NCBI GenBank assembly: GCA_027493625.1 | Contig: JAOSKM010000001.1 | Coordinates: 2,068,657 to 2,132,656, forward strand | From: Planctomycetota bacterium | GTDB taxonomy: Bacteria > Planctomycetota > UBA8742 > UBA2392 | Length of the DNA: 64,000 bases | Reading direction: 5' to 3' | In this document: piece by piece, positions 26,785-35,703 of the stretch | Layout: the number at the start of each line of letters is the position of its first letter | Position numbering within the stretch: position 1 is the stretch's first letter | The notes under the pieces: generated by a model | Databases searched by the model: none | What the model was told of the DNA's origin: nothing | What the model saw: only the letters and a program-made list of their open reading frames with translations | Position numbers and translations under genes: made by a program

Positions 26785-27468
26785 TCAAACCAGGTAAACG
26801 TCAAAGCGCACGGTCTTGCCCTCCAGCGTGTGGTTCGGCCTGGCCAGCTCCGGCGCGTGCACGGGGCGCTTCACCACCACGCGCTGCCGGGCGCACTTGA
26901 GCGCCGCCGCAAACAGCGCCTGCGCGTCGTCGGGGCCCAGCAGTTCCTGCAGATACTGCAGCTCTTTCTTCACGGCGGCACTCTTGCGGCGCTCGGGAAA
27001 CATGGGGTCGAGGTAGACCACATCCGGCCGTGCGTCCTCGGCCAGGCCCGCCATGAACTCGCGGGCGTCCCCCACCACCAGCCTGAGTCTGCAGGCCGCG
27101 CGTTCCAGCCCGTCGCGCAGCAGGGCCGCGATGATCGGCGAGCGCTCCACGGCCGTGACGTCACAGCCCAGTGCCGCCAGTGTGAAGGCGTCGCGGCCGA
27201 GGCCGGCGGTGGCGTCCAGCACACTTGGGCGCGCGTCGCCCTTCACGCCGACCGCCCGCGCCAGCGCCAGTTGTCGGCCGGCGTCGCGGCGGCGTTCGGC
27301 GTCTGCGGATGCGAAGTCGACGTACAGCGGGCCGGGGGCGCCCTCGCGGGTGTCGCGCAACTGCAGGCGGCCATGGGCGTGCTCGAGCACGAACTCGGCG
27401 TGCGGATCTGGCGGCAGGTTCAGCGCGGCGGCCAGTGCGGGCTCGGCGGCGGCGACGCGGGCGTTCAT
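26785..27468 (-). CDS. rsmJ: 16S rRNA (guanine1516-N2)-methyltransferase
   Basis: VLDATAGLGRDAFTLAALGCDVTAVERSPIIAALLRDGLERA and DVVYLDPMFPERRKSAAVKKELQYLQ. The start at 27468 overlaps the stop of the upstream TPR gene (ATGA). Confidence 0.85.
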   Translation of the reverse strand: MNARVAAAEPALAAALNLPPDPHAEFVLEHAHGRLQLRDTREGAPGPLYVDFASADAERRRDAGRQLALARAVGVKGDARPSVLDATAGLGRDAFTLAALGCDVTAVERSPIIAALLRDGLERAACRLRLVVGDAREFMAGLAEDARPDVVYLDPMFPERRKSAAVKKELQYLQELLGPDDAQALFAAALKCARQRVVVKRPVHAPELARPNHTLEGKTVRFDVYLV

Positions 27469-28310
27469 CGCGACTCCGCGATGGCCTTCAGCGCGGCCTC
27501 GTACTCGGCGCGCTTCTCGCGGTCGGTGGTGCGCTGCAGGGCCTGCAGGAAGTCGCGCTCGGCGTCGTCTTTGCGCTCGAGCGCGAGGTTGGCATAGGCG
27601 CGCCAGCCATAAGCCTCGTATCCGAATGCACCCTCGTCGATCAGCGCGCTGAGCACCGCATGGGCGGTCTCGTTGTCGCCGGCATAGACCAGGGACTGGC
27701 CCTGGCGGCTCATGGCCAGGTAGCGCTGCTCGCCCAGCGCCACACCGGCCGCGCCGCCGAAAGCCTCGGCGGCTGCCGCGAACTCCTGGAGGTTCATGTG
27801 CGCCTCGCCCAGCAGCAGCCAGGAATCGACGGCCGCGGGGTTGTGCTCGAGCGCGGTGCGCAGGTGTCGGATCGCCTGCGGATTGTCGCCCTTCCTGAAG
27901 GCCGCGCTCGCCAGCATGTGGCAGTTGTACGAGACGTGGCTCAGGCAACGCGCGCGCGACAGCCCGCTCAGCAGCTCGGCCGCGCGCAGGTAGGCGTCAC
28001 GGGCGTCGTCGTGGCGCCCCAGCTTCTCGTAGGAGTAGCCCAGCTGCTCGTGGTACTCGCCGTTGCCGGGATCCAGTTGCACCGCCTGCTCCGCCAGCTC
28101 GGCGGCGCCGGTGTTGTCGTGGCCGTGGATCTTCGCGGTGGCCTGGTCGTATAGTTCGCGGGCGCGGCGCTTGTCGGCGGCGCTGGGCGCGCCGGCAGGC
28201 TGATTGACCGCCGGCTGGTTGCCGGGCGCGGGCTGGGGCGCGGGCGCGTTGTTGCCGCCACCGCAGGCGGCAAGGCAGAGGGGCAGCAGCAGGGCAAGTT
28301 TCTTCCACAT
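27465..28310 (-). CDS. TPR-repeat lipoprotein
   Basis: Lipobox MWKKLALLLPLCLAAC, followed by about six TPR-like units (AELAEQAVQLDPGNGEYHEQLGYSYEKLGRHDDARDAYLRA...). Confidence 0.8.
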   Translation of the reverse strand: MWKKLALLLPLCLAACGGGNNAPAPQPAPGNQPAVNQPAGAPSAADKRRARELYDQATAKIHGHDNTGAAELAEQAVQLDPGNGEYHEQLGYSYEKLGRHDDARDAYLRAAELLSGLSRARCLSHVSYNCHMLASAAFRKGDNPQAIRHLRTALEHNPAAVDSWLLLGEAHMNLQEFAAAAEAFGGAAGVALGEQRYLAMSRQGQSLVYAGDNETAHAVLSALIDEGAFGYEAYGWRAYANLALERKDDAERDFLQALQRTTDREKRAEYEAALKAIAESR

Positions 28311-28579
28311 AGAAGAAGCTTTAAACCACGAAGGACCGCGCAGGACCACGAAGAAAAGCGCAAGTTGCAGCGTCGGGCCCCGCGCGCGTCAACGCCGCTT
28401 CGGTGTTTCCGTGTTGTCGCGGCCCGACATTTTGGCGTGGACCCTGCTGCCGCGGTCGGGACTTTTCGTGCCCGCCGCGTTGTTCTTCCCATGCAGGCGC
28501 TTTCCGCAAATCGCGGGAACCGGCTGCAGACTCCGCGCGTCTAGGGGTGTGACGGGCAACGACCCGCGGGACGCAGACC

Positions 28580-29665
28580 ATGGCACTCACGGACGCACAA
28601 CAGGAACTGCTGCACGCCTTCGTGGATTGCGAAACCACGCCGGCCGAGACGCAGATCGCGCAACAACTGCTCGAGCGCGATGCAGCCGCCCGCCTCTATG
28701 TAGAAGAACTCAAACGCCTGCGCCGCCTGCTGCGCACGCACGGCTGCGTGAATGCTCCGGCAGGCTTGCGCGGGCGCGTGTGCGCCGCCCTCGAGAACGA
28801 CTTCAGCGGCCCGCCGGTACTGGCGCTGCCGCGTGTGGCGTTGCGCTCGGCGCTGTACGCCGCGGCGGCCGCTGCTGTGGTCAGCCTGGCGCTGGTGTTC
28901 GGCCCGCAGCTCGATAAGCGCGACGACGCGCCGACGCAGGGCATCGCGCACACGCCGGAATTCAGCGCCTCGGTGATTGAGCCCCCGGCGGCGACCGACA
29001 CCGTACCGCGCCAGCCCGCGCCGCCCGCACTTGAGCCGGATGAACAGGACGGCATCAACGCAGCCGGCAAACCCGCGACCGTGCTGCGCCTGGATCGCGG
29101 CATCGACCAGCCCTTTGAACTCAGCCTTGATCTCAACCGCGTGCGCGACGCCAGCGCCCTGCAGGTCTACAACGACATCCTGGTCGTCAGCAGCCTGTAC
29201 GGCCAGGCACGCCTCCAGGATGGCGGCCGCGAACTGGAAGAATTCACCGGCCGTGACTTCAGCGCCTACGACGGCGTAGAGGTTGAGCTCGAGTCCGCGC
29301 AGTTGCCGCGACTGCTCGCCGCCCTGGACCGCATGAATGCCGACCAGGCTTACGGGCGCATGATCGTGCCGGCTGATCTGCGGCAATCGATCAGCGAGAC
29401 GACCCGCGCGGTGGACAAGATCCAGCAGATCAGCCGCGACAGCGAGATCGCCCCCAAGGGCGGGCAACCGAATCATTCAGAGGGCGCCCGCGCCTACCTG
29501 CCTCCCGAGGTGCAGCGCGAGATACTGCGCCGTCACACGGAAGACGCACACACCGGCGGCCACGCGCCCGGGGAAACCAGGAACGCCCTCGAGATGGGCG
29601 GCGCCGATGGCGACTCAGCACCGGGACATTCGCGTAAGATCAGGCTGTTCATAAAGTTACGCTGA
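28580..29665 (+). CDS. Anti-sigma-factor-like membrane protein (paralog A)
   Basis: N-terminus LTDAQQELLHAFVDCETTPAETQIAQQLLERDAAARLYVEELKRL, one TM segment (ALYAAAAAAVVSLALVFG), and a C-terminal domain shared with 29810..31231. Confidence 0.6.
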   Translation: MALTDAQQELLHAFVDCETTPAETQIAQQLLERDAAARLYVEELKRLRRLLRTHGCVNAPAGLRGRVCAALENDFSGPPVLALPRVALRSALYAAAAAAVVSLALVFGPQLDKRDDAPTQGIAHTPEFSASVIEPPAATDTVPRQPAPPALEPDEQDGINAAGKPATVLRLDRGIDQPFELSLDLNRVRDASALQVYNDILVVSSLYGQARLQDGGRELEEFTGRDFSAYDGVEVELESAQLPRLLAALDRMNADQAYGRMIVPADLRQSISETTRAVDKIQQISRDSEIAPKGGQPNHSEGARAYLPPEVQREILRRHTEDAHTGGHAPGETRNALEMGGADGDSAPGHSRKIRLFIKLR

Positions 29666-29809
29666 CCCGTTGGCCGCGCTGAATCCTCCAAGATTTTCGG
29701 CGCAACAGGGAACCGGCGGCACCCGATTATCGTCTCAGGAACGTGGCGGGACCCTTACCCGCCTTCGCCGGCCGGTTGGGTCGACGTGCAGGGAAAGTAA
29801 GGTGAGGAA

Positions 29810-31231
29810 ATGAACACCCCTCTCACAGAGGAACAGCTTGAGCTGCTGTCGGCCTACGCCGACGGCGAGGTCACGCAGGCCGAGCGCCAGGCGGCGGAGT
29901 TGCTGCTGCAGCGCGCGGACGCCCGCGAGTACCTGGATTCTCTGCAGGCGACCATCACGCTGGTCAAGACGCACGCCCCGGTGCGCGCGCCGGTCGGGCT
30001 TTCCGGCCGTGTGCTGAACGCGCTGGAAGACGAATTCAAACCCAAGGCGATCGGCCCGGGCTCAGAGCCTTTCACGGGCGCGCCGGTGATCAGCTGGCGC
30101 ACGCCGCTGTATGCGGTCGCCGCGGCGGTGATCGTGAGCCTTGCCATCATGTTCGGCCCGTCGCTGGTAGGCCCGCGCGAGGGCACGCCGAGTGAGGTTG
30201 CGCGCACGGTGCTGGACGACCTGCCGGCGCCGAAGGCGGACAGCCGCATGCGTGAATCGGTCGACGAGCTGCCGGAAAAGCCCAGCGCGGATCCGGGCAA
30301 CCCGGCGGATCGTGCCGAGGAGATGGCACGCGACCAGGGCGGCACCTGGGGTGACACGCGCGAAGGCCTTGAAGACAACCTGCGTGAACTGGAGGCAGCC
30401 AAGACCAGTTCGCTGAAGAAGCCTGAGGAAAACGCGGGCAAGAAAGCCAAGGAAACCCAGAACATCGAGGGCGCGCCGGCCCCCAGCGAGTCCAAGGGTA
30501 CTGCACGCGGCGATGGGGCCGCTGACGACAAGAACGCGCTGAACGACGCCGAGGATGCCGTCGAGTCGGAGGCCGGACCCGGCAACGAGCTGAACGAAGA
30601 CGAAAACAAGAAGCTGGGCACCAAGTCTGACCACGAGAAGTACGACGGACGCGCAGGCGCGCCGGCCCTGGGAGGCGGCACGGGCGGCGGCGCGGGCGGC
30701 AAGGCGGCTCCGCGGCCTGAACGCCGCGCTGACGACGAGAAAGAAGAATCCGCGGACGGCGGCCCCGCTCAGGATGCCGACGAGGCCGAGGCCCAGCGCG
30801 TGAAGCGGGCCCGCTCCGCCCCGGACTCCGCCCCGTCCCCGCCGGAAGCAACCGAAGCGAACGAGGCCGAGACGCTGATCGAGATCAGCGACGCCGGAAC
30901 GCTCACGGCCCAGACCGACGTGCTGTGGGTCAGCAGCCTGTACGGCGACGCCGAGCTGGCGGACGAAGACAGCGACGTCGAGAGCGTGACCGTCGAGCTC
31001 GACCCCGACAAGCTGCCCGAGCTGCTGGCCGCGCTGCGCAAGCTGGCTGCCGACCAGGGGTACGGCAAGGTCGCCGGCGCCGGCGAAGAGGAAAAGCTCG
31101 CAGAGCGCAAGGCCGAGGCTGAGCCCCGCATCAGCGGCTACCTGCCCGCCAAGGAAGAGGCCGAGGAGCCGCAGGAAGAAGCCATGCTGCGCGCCCCCGC
31201 CAAGGTACGCGTGGTGATCCGCCTGAAGTAG
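29810..31231 (+). CDS. Anti-sigma-factor-like membrane protein (paralog B) with long acidic low-complexity linker
   Basis: N-terminus LTEEQLELLSAYADGEVTQAERQAAELLLQRADAREYLDSLQ, TM segment LYAVAAAVIVSLAIMFG, and a C-terminal DVLWVSSLYGD...LPELLAALRKLAADQGYGK...RVVIRLK that parallels paralog A. Confidence 0.6.
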   Translation: MNTPLTEEQLELLSAYADGEVTQAERQAAELLLQRADAREYLDSLQATITLVKTHAPVRAPVGLSGRVLNALEDEFKPKAIGPGSEPFTGAPVISWRTPLYAVAAAVIVSLAIMFGPSLVGPREGTPSEVARTVLDDLPAPKADSRMRESVDELPEKPSADPGNPADRAEEMARDQGGTWGDTREGLEDNLRELEAAKTSSLKKPEENAGKKAKETQNIEGAPAPSESKGTARGDGAADDKNALNDAEDAVESEAGPGNELNEDENKKLGTKSDHEKYDGRAGAPALGGGTGGGAGGKAAPRPERRADDEKEESADGGPAQDADEAEAQRVKRARSAPDSAPSPPEATEANEAETLIEISDAGTLTAQTDVLWVSSLYGDAELADEDSDVESVTVELDPDKLPELLAALRKLAADQGYGKVAGAGEEEKLAERKAEAEPRISGYLPAKEEAEEPQEEAMLRAPAKVRVVIRLK

Positions 31232-31242
31232 CAGACGAATAC

Positions 31243-31270
31243 CGAACCCGGCGCCCCCGCGCCGGGTTCG
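31243..31270 (+). terminator. Terminator hairpin after anti-sigma-like paralog B
   Basis: Perfect 12-bp stem cgaacccggcgc / gcgccgggttcg with loop cccc, followed by tctggtt. Confidence 0.6.
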
Positions 31271-31329
31271 TCTGGTTAACCCAGCCTCGCACGCTTCGCA
31301 AAAGCTGGCGCGCGCGCTACTCTCTGGCC

Positions 31330-34300
31330 GTGAGCGAGACCGACCCGCGCAAGTTCGACTGGCCGATTCCGGAGCCCGGCAGCCCCGAAGAAGAGGCGCT
31401 GCAGGAGACCCTGCAGTACGCCTCCGAGGGCATCCAGGAAGACCTGCGCGCGCTGCCCGGCAGCCAGGCCGCCGACTTCGTCGAGCTGCTGGCCCGCTGT
31501 TTCGACGACTCGCCGGCGCCCACGGAGTCCGTCTCGGCCCTTGAGCGCCTGTTCTTCCATGACGAAGGGGCCGTCGCGGAACTCGTCAGCGCCGCGCTGG
31601 CCGACCCGGCCGCCTTTCGCCGCCTGTTTCTGCTGCTGGGCCACTCCCGCCACCTGGGCGGCTTTCTTGTGCGCGGCGGCTGGCGCGACTTCATGGCCGC
31701 CGACGAGGCCGAGCTGCAGCGCCCCGTCACCCGGGCCGAGGCCGTCGCATCCGCACGCGCGCTGATCACGTCCGGGATTGAGCCCGCGGCCGCGCTGCGC
31801 CTGAACCATCACCGGCTGGCGGCCCGCGTGCTGCACCGCGAGGCCGTGCTGCAACGGCCGCTGGAGGAAGTCGCCCGCGAGATCAGCGAGCTGGCCGACG
31901 CTGCCCTGGAAGTCGCGCTGGAGCTGGCTTACGCGCAGCTTGAGCAGAAGCGCAAGCTGGTTCGCGCTGCCGACTTCCAGCTGTGCGTACTGGCCATGGG
32001 CAAACACGGCGCCCAGGAACTGAACTATTACTCCGACATCGACCTGATCTTCGTGTTCAGCGGCTCCGGCCCCGGCCGCATGGACGCCCAGGCCTACGCG
32101 GTCAAGCTGGTGGAGGCGCTGATCCCGCTGCTGGACGCAATCACCGAGCACGGCAACGTGTTCCGCGTGGACACCCGCCTGCGCCCGGAGGGCAGCCAGG
32201 GCCGCCTGGCCCGCGAGCTGGAAGCGACCGTCGAGTACTACTACAGCTTCGGCCGCACCTGGGAGCGCCAGGCGCTGATCAAGGCCCGCGCCTGCGCCGG
32301 CGACGCGGCGCTGGGCGAGAAGCTGCTGGAGCGCCTGCAGCCCTGGATCTATCGCAAGTACCTCACCATCGAGGAGATCAACCAGATCAAGGCCCTCAAG
32401 CGCCGCATCGAGCAGCGCACCGAGCAGCGCGACGAACACTACCTCGATGTGAAGACCGGCTTCGGAGGCATCCGCGACATCGAGTTCGTCACCCAGTTCC
32501 TGCAGCTGATGAACGGCGGGCGCATGGCCTCTGTGCGCGAGCGCGCGACCCTGCCCGCGCTGAAGCTGCTCGCCGAGGCAGGCGCTTTGAAGCCGGCCGA
32601 GGTCGAGACACTGGGCCAGGCCTACCGCTTCCTGCGCGGCGTTGAGCACCGCCTGCAGGTCTGGGACGGCGCGCAGACCCACATCCTGCCCACCGCGCCC
32701 CATGAGCTGCGGCGCCTCGGGCGCGCGATGGGTTATCGCGGGCCCGGCGCTATGGACCCCGCCCGCAAGCTGGTGCACGACCTGCGCCTGCACACCATGA
32801 AGGCGCGCGGGCTGATGCTGCGGCTGTTCGCGGACCTGTTCGAGAAGCAGGCCTCGACCGAGCCCGAACTGGTGCTCGACCCGGACATGACGGCCGAGCT
32901 GGCAGCGCCGACCCTTCAGCGCTACGGCTTCGCGGACACCACCGCGGCGTTTGGCGCGATCCGCGACCTCGCGCGCGAAACGCCGGGCCAGCAGATGTAC
33001 GCGGCGCGGGCGCGGAAATACCTGGCCTCGATGATGCCCGCGCTGCTTGAGTTCTGCGGCGATTCGCCGGACCCGGACTTCACCCTGCGCAACTTCGAGC
33101 GCATCACGGGCGCTTTGGGCGCCAAGGCCATCCTGTTCGAGCTGGTGGCCGAGGATCCGCGGGCGCTGCAGGTGTTCGGCTCGATCGCCGCGCATTCCGA
33201 CTGGTTGAGCGACATCCTGGTGCGGCGCCCGGGCCTGGTGGACGAGTTCATCGACGAGCTGCAGACTTTCGCGTCGCTCGACACAGGCGCGTTGCGCCGC
33301 CAGCTGGCCGAGCGCATGCAGTACGCCGAGAACATCACCGACGCCCTGTTCTGGGAGCGCGACGTCGAGCTGCTGCGTATCGCGCTGTTCGACCTGACCG
33401 GCCGCACGCCGTTGCCCGAGACTCTGCGCGAGCTGTGCGCGCTGAGCGAGGTGATGCTCGACGCCGTTCTTGACGTGTCAATTGCGGAAGCGGCCGAGAA
33501 GGAAACCGAGCCCCTGCAGGCCGACCCGCGCGAGCACCTGGCGGTGATCGGCATGGGCAAGCTGGGCTCGGGCGCGATGAACTACGCCAGCGACCTCGAC
33601 CTGGTGTTCGCCTTTGAGCCCACGGCATTCGCTGACCCCGCCCGCGCCCAGGCCTTTTACGCCCGCGTGGTGCGCCGCGTGCTGCAGCTGCTGGGCGCCA
33701 GCAACGAACGCGGCCGACTGTACGAAGTGGACCTGCGCCTGCGCCCGCGCGGCGGCGCGGGAACCCTGGCCGTCACGCTGGACGAGCTGCAGCGTTACCT
33801 GCAATCGGAAGCCGGTTTCTGGGAGCGCCTGGCCGGCTGCCGCGCCCGCGTGTTGAACCCGGACGCACCCGCCGGCGATCGCGCGCGGCGGATCTTCGAC
33901 GAGTTTGTTTACGGCCAGGGCGCCGACGCCGCCCAGACCCGTGCGATGCGCGAGCGCCTGGAACGCGAGTCGGCCCGCAATGCGCTCAAGCGCGGGCCGG
34001 GCGGGACGCTGGACATCGAGTTCCTGCTCGCGCACCTGCAGCTCAAGCACGCGGCGAGCGTCCCGGCGCTGAAGCAACCCGACCTGTGGGAAGTGCTGGC
34101 CGTTGCGCGCGAGCACGGGCTGATCGACCCACGCAGCATCGACACCATTTCGGGCGCGTATGCGTTTCTGCGCCAGGTGGTGAACCGCCTGCAGGTGCTG
34201 GACGGCGTCTCGCGCCACGAGCTGCCGGAAGGCGAAGCGCTGGAGGTGTTCGCCAGGCGCATGGGCTATCGCGCCGGCGGCGACATGAAAGCCACCGACC

Positions 34301-34368
34301 AGCTCATGGAAGAGCTCGACTGGCACAGGCACAACGCCCGCCGCATGTTCGACAAGTTCGTGCAGTGA
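31330..34368 (+). CDS. glnE: Bifunctional glutamine synthetase adenylyltransferase / adenylyl-removing enzyme
   Basis: Two nucleotidyltransferase modules: GKHGAQELNYYSDIDLIFVF...FRVDTRLRPEG and GMGKLGSGAMNYASDLDLVFAF...YEVDLRLRPRG. About 1010 aa. Confidence 0.9.
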   Translation: MSETDPRKFDWPIPEPGSPEEEALQETLQYASEGIQEDLRALPGSQAADFVELLARCFDDSPAPTESVSALERLFFHDEGAVAELVSAALADPAAFRRLFLLLGHSRHLGGFLVRGGWRDFMAADEAELQRPVTRAEAVASARALITSGIEPAAALRLNHHRLAARVLHREAVLQRPLEEVAREISELADAALEVALELAYAQLEQKRKLVRAADFQLCVLAMGKHGAQELNYYSDIDLIFVFSGSGPGRMDAQAYAVKLVEALIPLLDAITEHGNVFRVDTRLRPEGSQGRLARELEATVEYYYSFGRTWERQALIKARACAGDAALGEKLLERLQPWIYRKYLTIEEINQIKALKRRIEQRTEQRDEHYLDVKTGFGGIRDIEFVTQFLQLMNGGRMASVRERATLPALKLLAEAGALKPAEVETLGQAYRFLRGVEHRLQVWDGAQTHILPTAPHELRRLGRAMGYRGPGAMDPARKLVHDLRLHTMKARGLMLRLFADLFEKQASTEPELVLDPDMTAELAAPTLQRYGFADTTAAFGAIRDLARETPGQQMYAARARKYLASMMPALLEFCGDSPDPDFTLRNFERITGALGAKAILFELVAEDPRALQVFGSIAAHSDWLSDILVRRPGLVDEFIDELQTFASLDTGALRRQLAERMQYAENITDALFWERDVELLRIALFDLTGRTPLPETLRELCALSEVMLDAVLDVSIAEAAEKETEPLQADPREHLAVIGMGKLGSGAMNYASDLDLVFAFEPTAFADPARAQAFYARVVRRVLQLLGASNERGRLYEVDLRLRPRGGAGTLAVTLDELQRYLQSEAGFWERLAGCRARVLNPDAPAGDRARRIFDEFVYGQGADAAQTRAMRERLERESARNALKRGPGGTLDIEFLLAHLQLKHAASVPALKQPDLWEVLAVAREHGLIDPRSIDTISGAYAFLRQVVNRLQVLDGVSRHELPEGEALEVFARRMGYRAGGDMKATDQLMEELDWHRHNARRMFDKFVQ

Positions 34369-35703
34369 AAAACAGGGACATCTATGAGCGATTGGGTCAA
34401 GGGGGCTGAGGGTTGCTTGCGGGGTTGGTCCAAACATCTATTCGATGTCACCGCCTGAGCGGGCATCACTTGACGAGTTCGCGCCGGCCTCACTCAGGCA
34501 CTCGACCTCTCAGGGTCATGTCCCCAGTCCGAGGTCCGGCTTATCCAACCCGCAGCTCCCCCTGCCTCACGCCTTAGTTGTCCCTACTCTGCCTGCCGCC
34601 ACACCTCCCCGCTGCGCAGCATGCTCAGCATCACCCGTGCCAGCCAGTGCGCCGTGGCGACGATGGCCTTCTTGGTGCGCTCTTTGTCCCCGCGCCTGAA
34701 CTGTTCGTACTTGGCGCGGATCACGCCGCTGCGACGGATGCCCTGCCAGGCCGCCTCGACCAGCAACTGGCGGACGCAGCCCGGCCCGTCCTTGGTGATG
34801 TGCCCGAGGTGGTTGCGCCTTGCGCTGGCGTCCTGGCGTGGCACCAACCCGAAGTAGTCGCCGATCTGGCTGGTGCGCGCAAAGCGCCTGGCGTCATCCA
34901 CCCAGGCCACGAACGCCTCGGCCGTGCGGGTGCCGACGCCGGGAATCGTTCGCAGCAGCGCCACGCCCGGGTGACGGGCGGCAATCTGGTCGAGCTGGCG
35001 CGTGAAGCGCGACACCCGCTGCTTCAGCAACTCGAGGTCCTCCAGGTGCTCGTCCATCCGCCAACGTGTGGTCTCCGGCAGATCAAGCTGCGTCAGCCAC
35101 AGGATCCCCTTCTTCGTCCACAGCCCGCGTGGCGCCTTGATCGCCTGCTCACGCAGCAACGCGCGGATGCTGTTCTTCACCGCAGTGCACTTGGCAACCG
35201 TGCGGCCGCGGTGACGGATCAGCCCGCGCCACTCGCGGACCTGCACATTCGGGACGTAGACGGCGGGCACAGCGCCAACCGAGAGCAGCTTGGCCAGCTT
35301 GCTTGCGTCGACACGGTCGTTCTTGCGCTTGGAAGCGTAGATCAGCCGAAGGTGGCCGGGATGCGCGACGGTGACCGAACGAGCGACGCTTGAGAGGGTT
35401 TCAAACCACTTGCCGTAGCCGCAGCTGGCCTCGAAGCACAAGTCGAAGGGAGCTTCGATTCTTAAAAGCTGCTTTTTGACTTCCTCGGGGCCGCCGCGGA
35501 CCGTGATGATCGAGGGCTTGGGCTGGCCGGATGTGATGACTGCGATTGTGGATTGCGAGGAATGCACGTCGACACCAACATATGTAGTCATGTTTTGTCT
35601 CCTGGTTGGGGTAGACCTCGAACTGCCAAACGTGAGGCTACCCCTCCAGGATGACCCATCGCTACATAGTCTCAGGCACGAAGGCGCCTGTCCCTGCTGC
35701 TGC
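34369..35703 (-). mobile_element. IS110-family insertion sequence (exact ends not determinable; contained within this intergenic interval)
   Basis: A single transposase gene with 215-nt (3') and 112-nt (5') non-coding flanks, between the glnE stop and the stop of the PDZ protein gene. The flanks are AT-richer than their surroundings. No terminal inverted repeats, as expected for IS110-family elements. Confidence 0.6.
34584..35591 (-). CDS. IS110 family transposase (DEDD recombinase)
   Basis: N-terminal YVGVDVHSSQSTIAVI (DEDD_Tnp_IS110). C-terminal PGVGTRTAEAFVAWVDDARRFARTSQIGDYFGLVPRQDASARRNHLGHITKDGPGCVRQLLVEAAW (Transposase_20). Confidence 0.9.
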   Translation of the reverse strand: MTTYVGVDVHSSQSTIAVITSGQPKPSIITVRGGPEEVKKQLLRIEAPFDLCFEASCGYGKWFETLSSVARSVTVAHPGHLRLIYASKRKNDRVDASKLAKLLSVGAVPAVYVPNVQVREWRGLIRHRGRTVAKCTAVKNSIRALLREQAIKAPRGLWTKKGILWLTQLDLPETTRWRMDEHLEDLELLKQRVSRFTRQLDQIAARHPGVALLRTIPGVGTRTAEAFVAWVDDARRFARTSQIGDYFGLVPRQDASARRNHLGHITKDGPGCVRQLLVEAAWQGIRRSGVIRAKYEQFRRGDKERTKKAIVATAHWLARVMLSMLRSGEVWRQAE

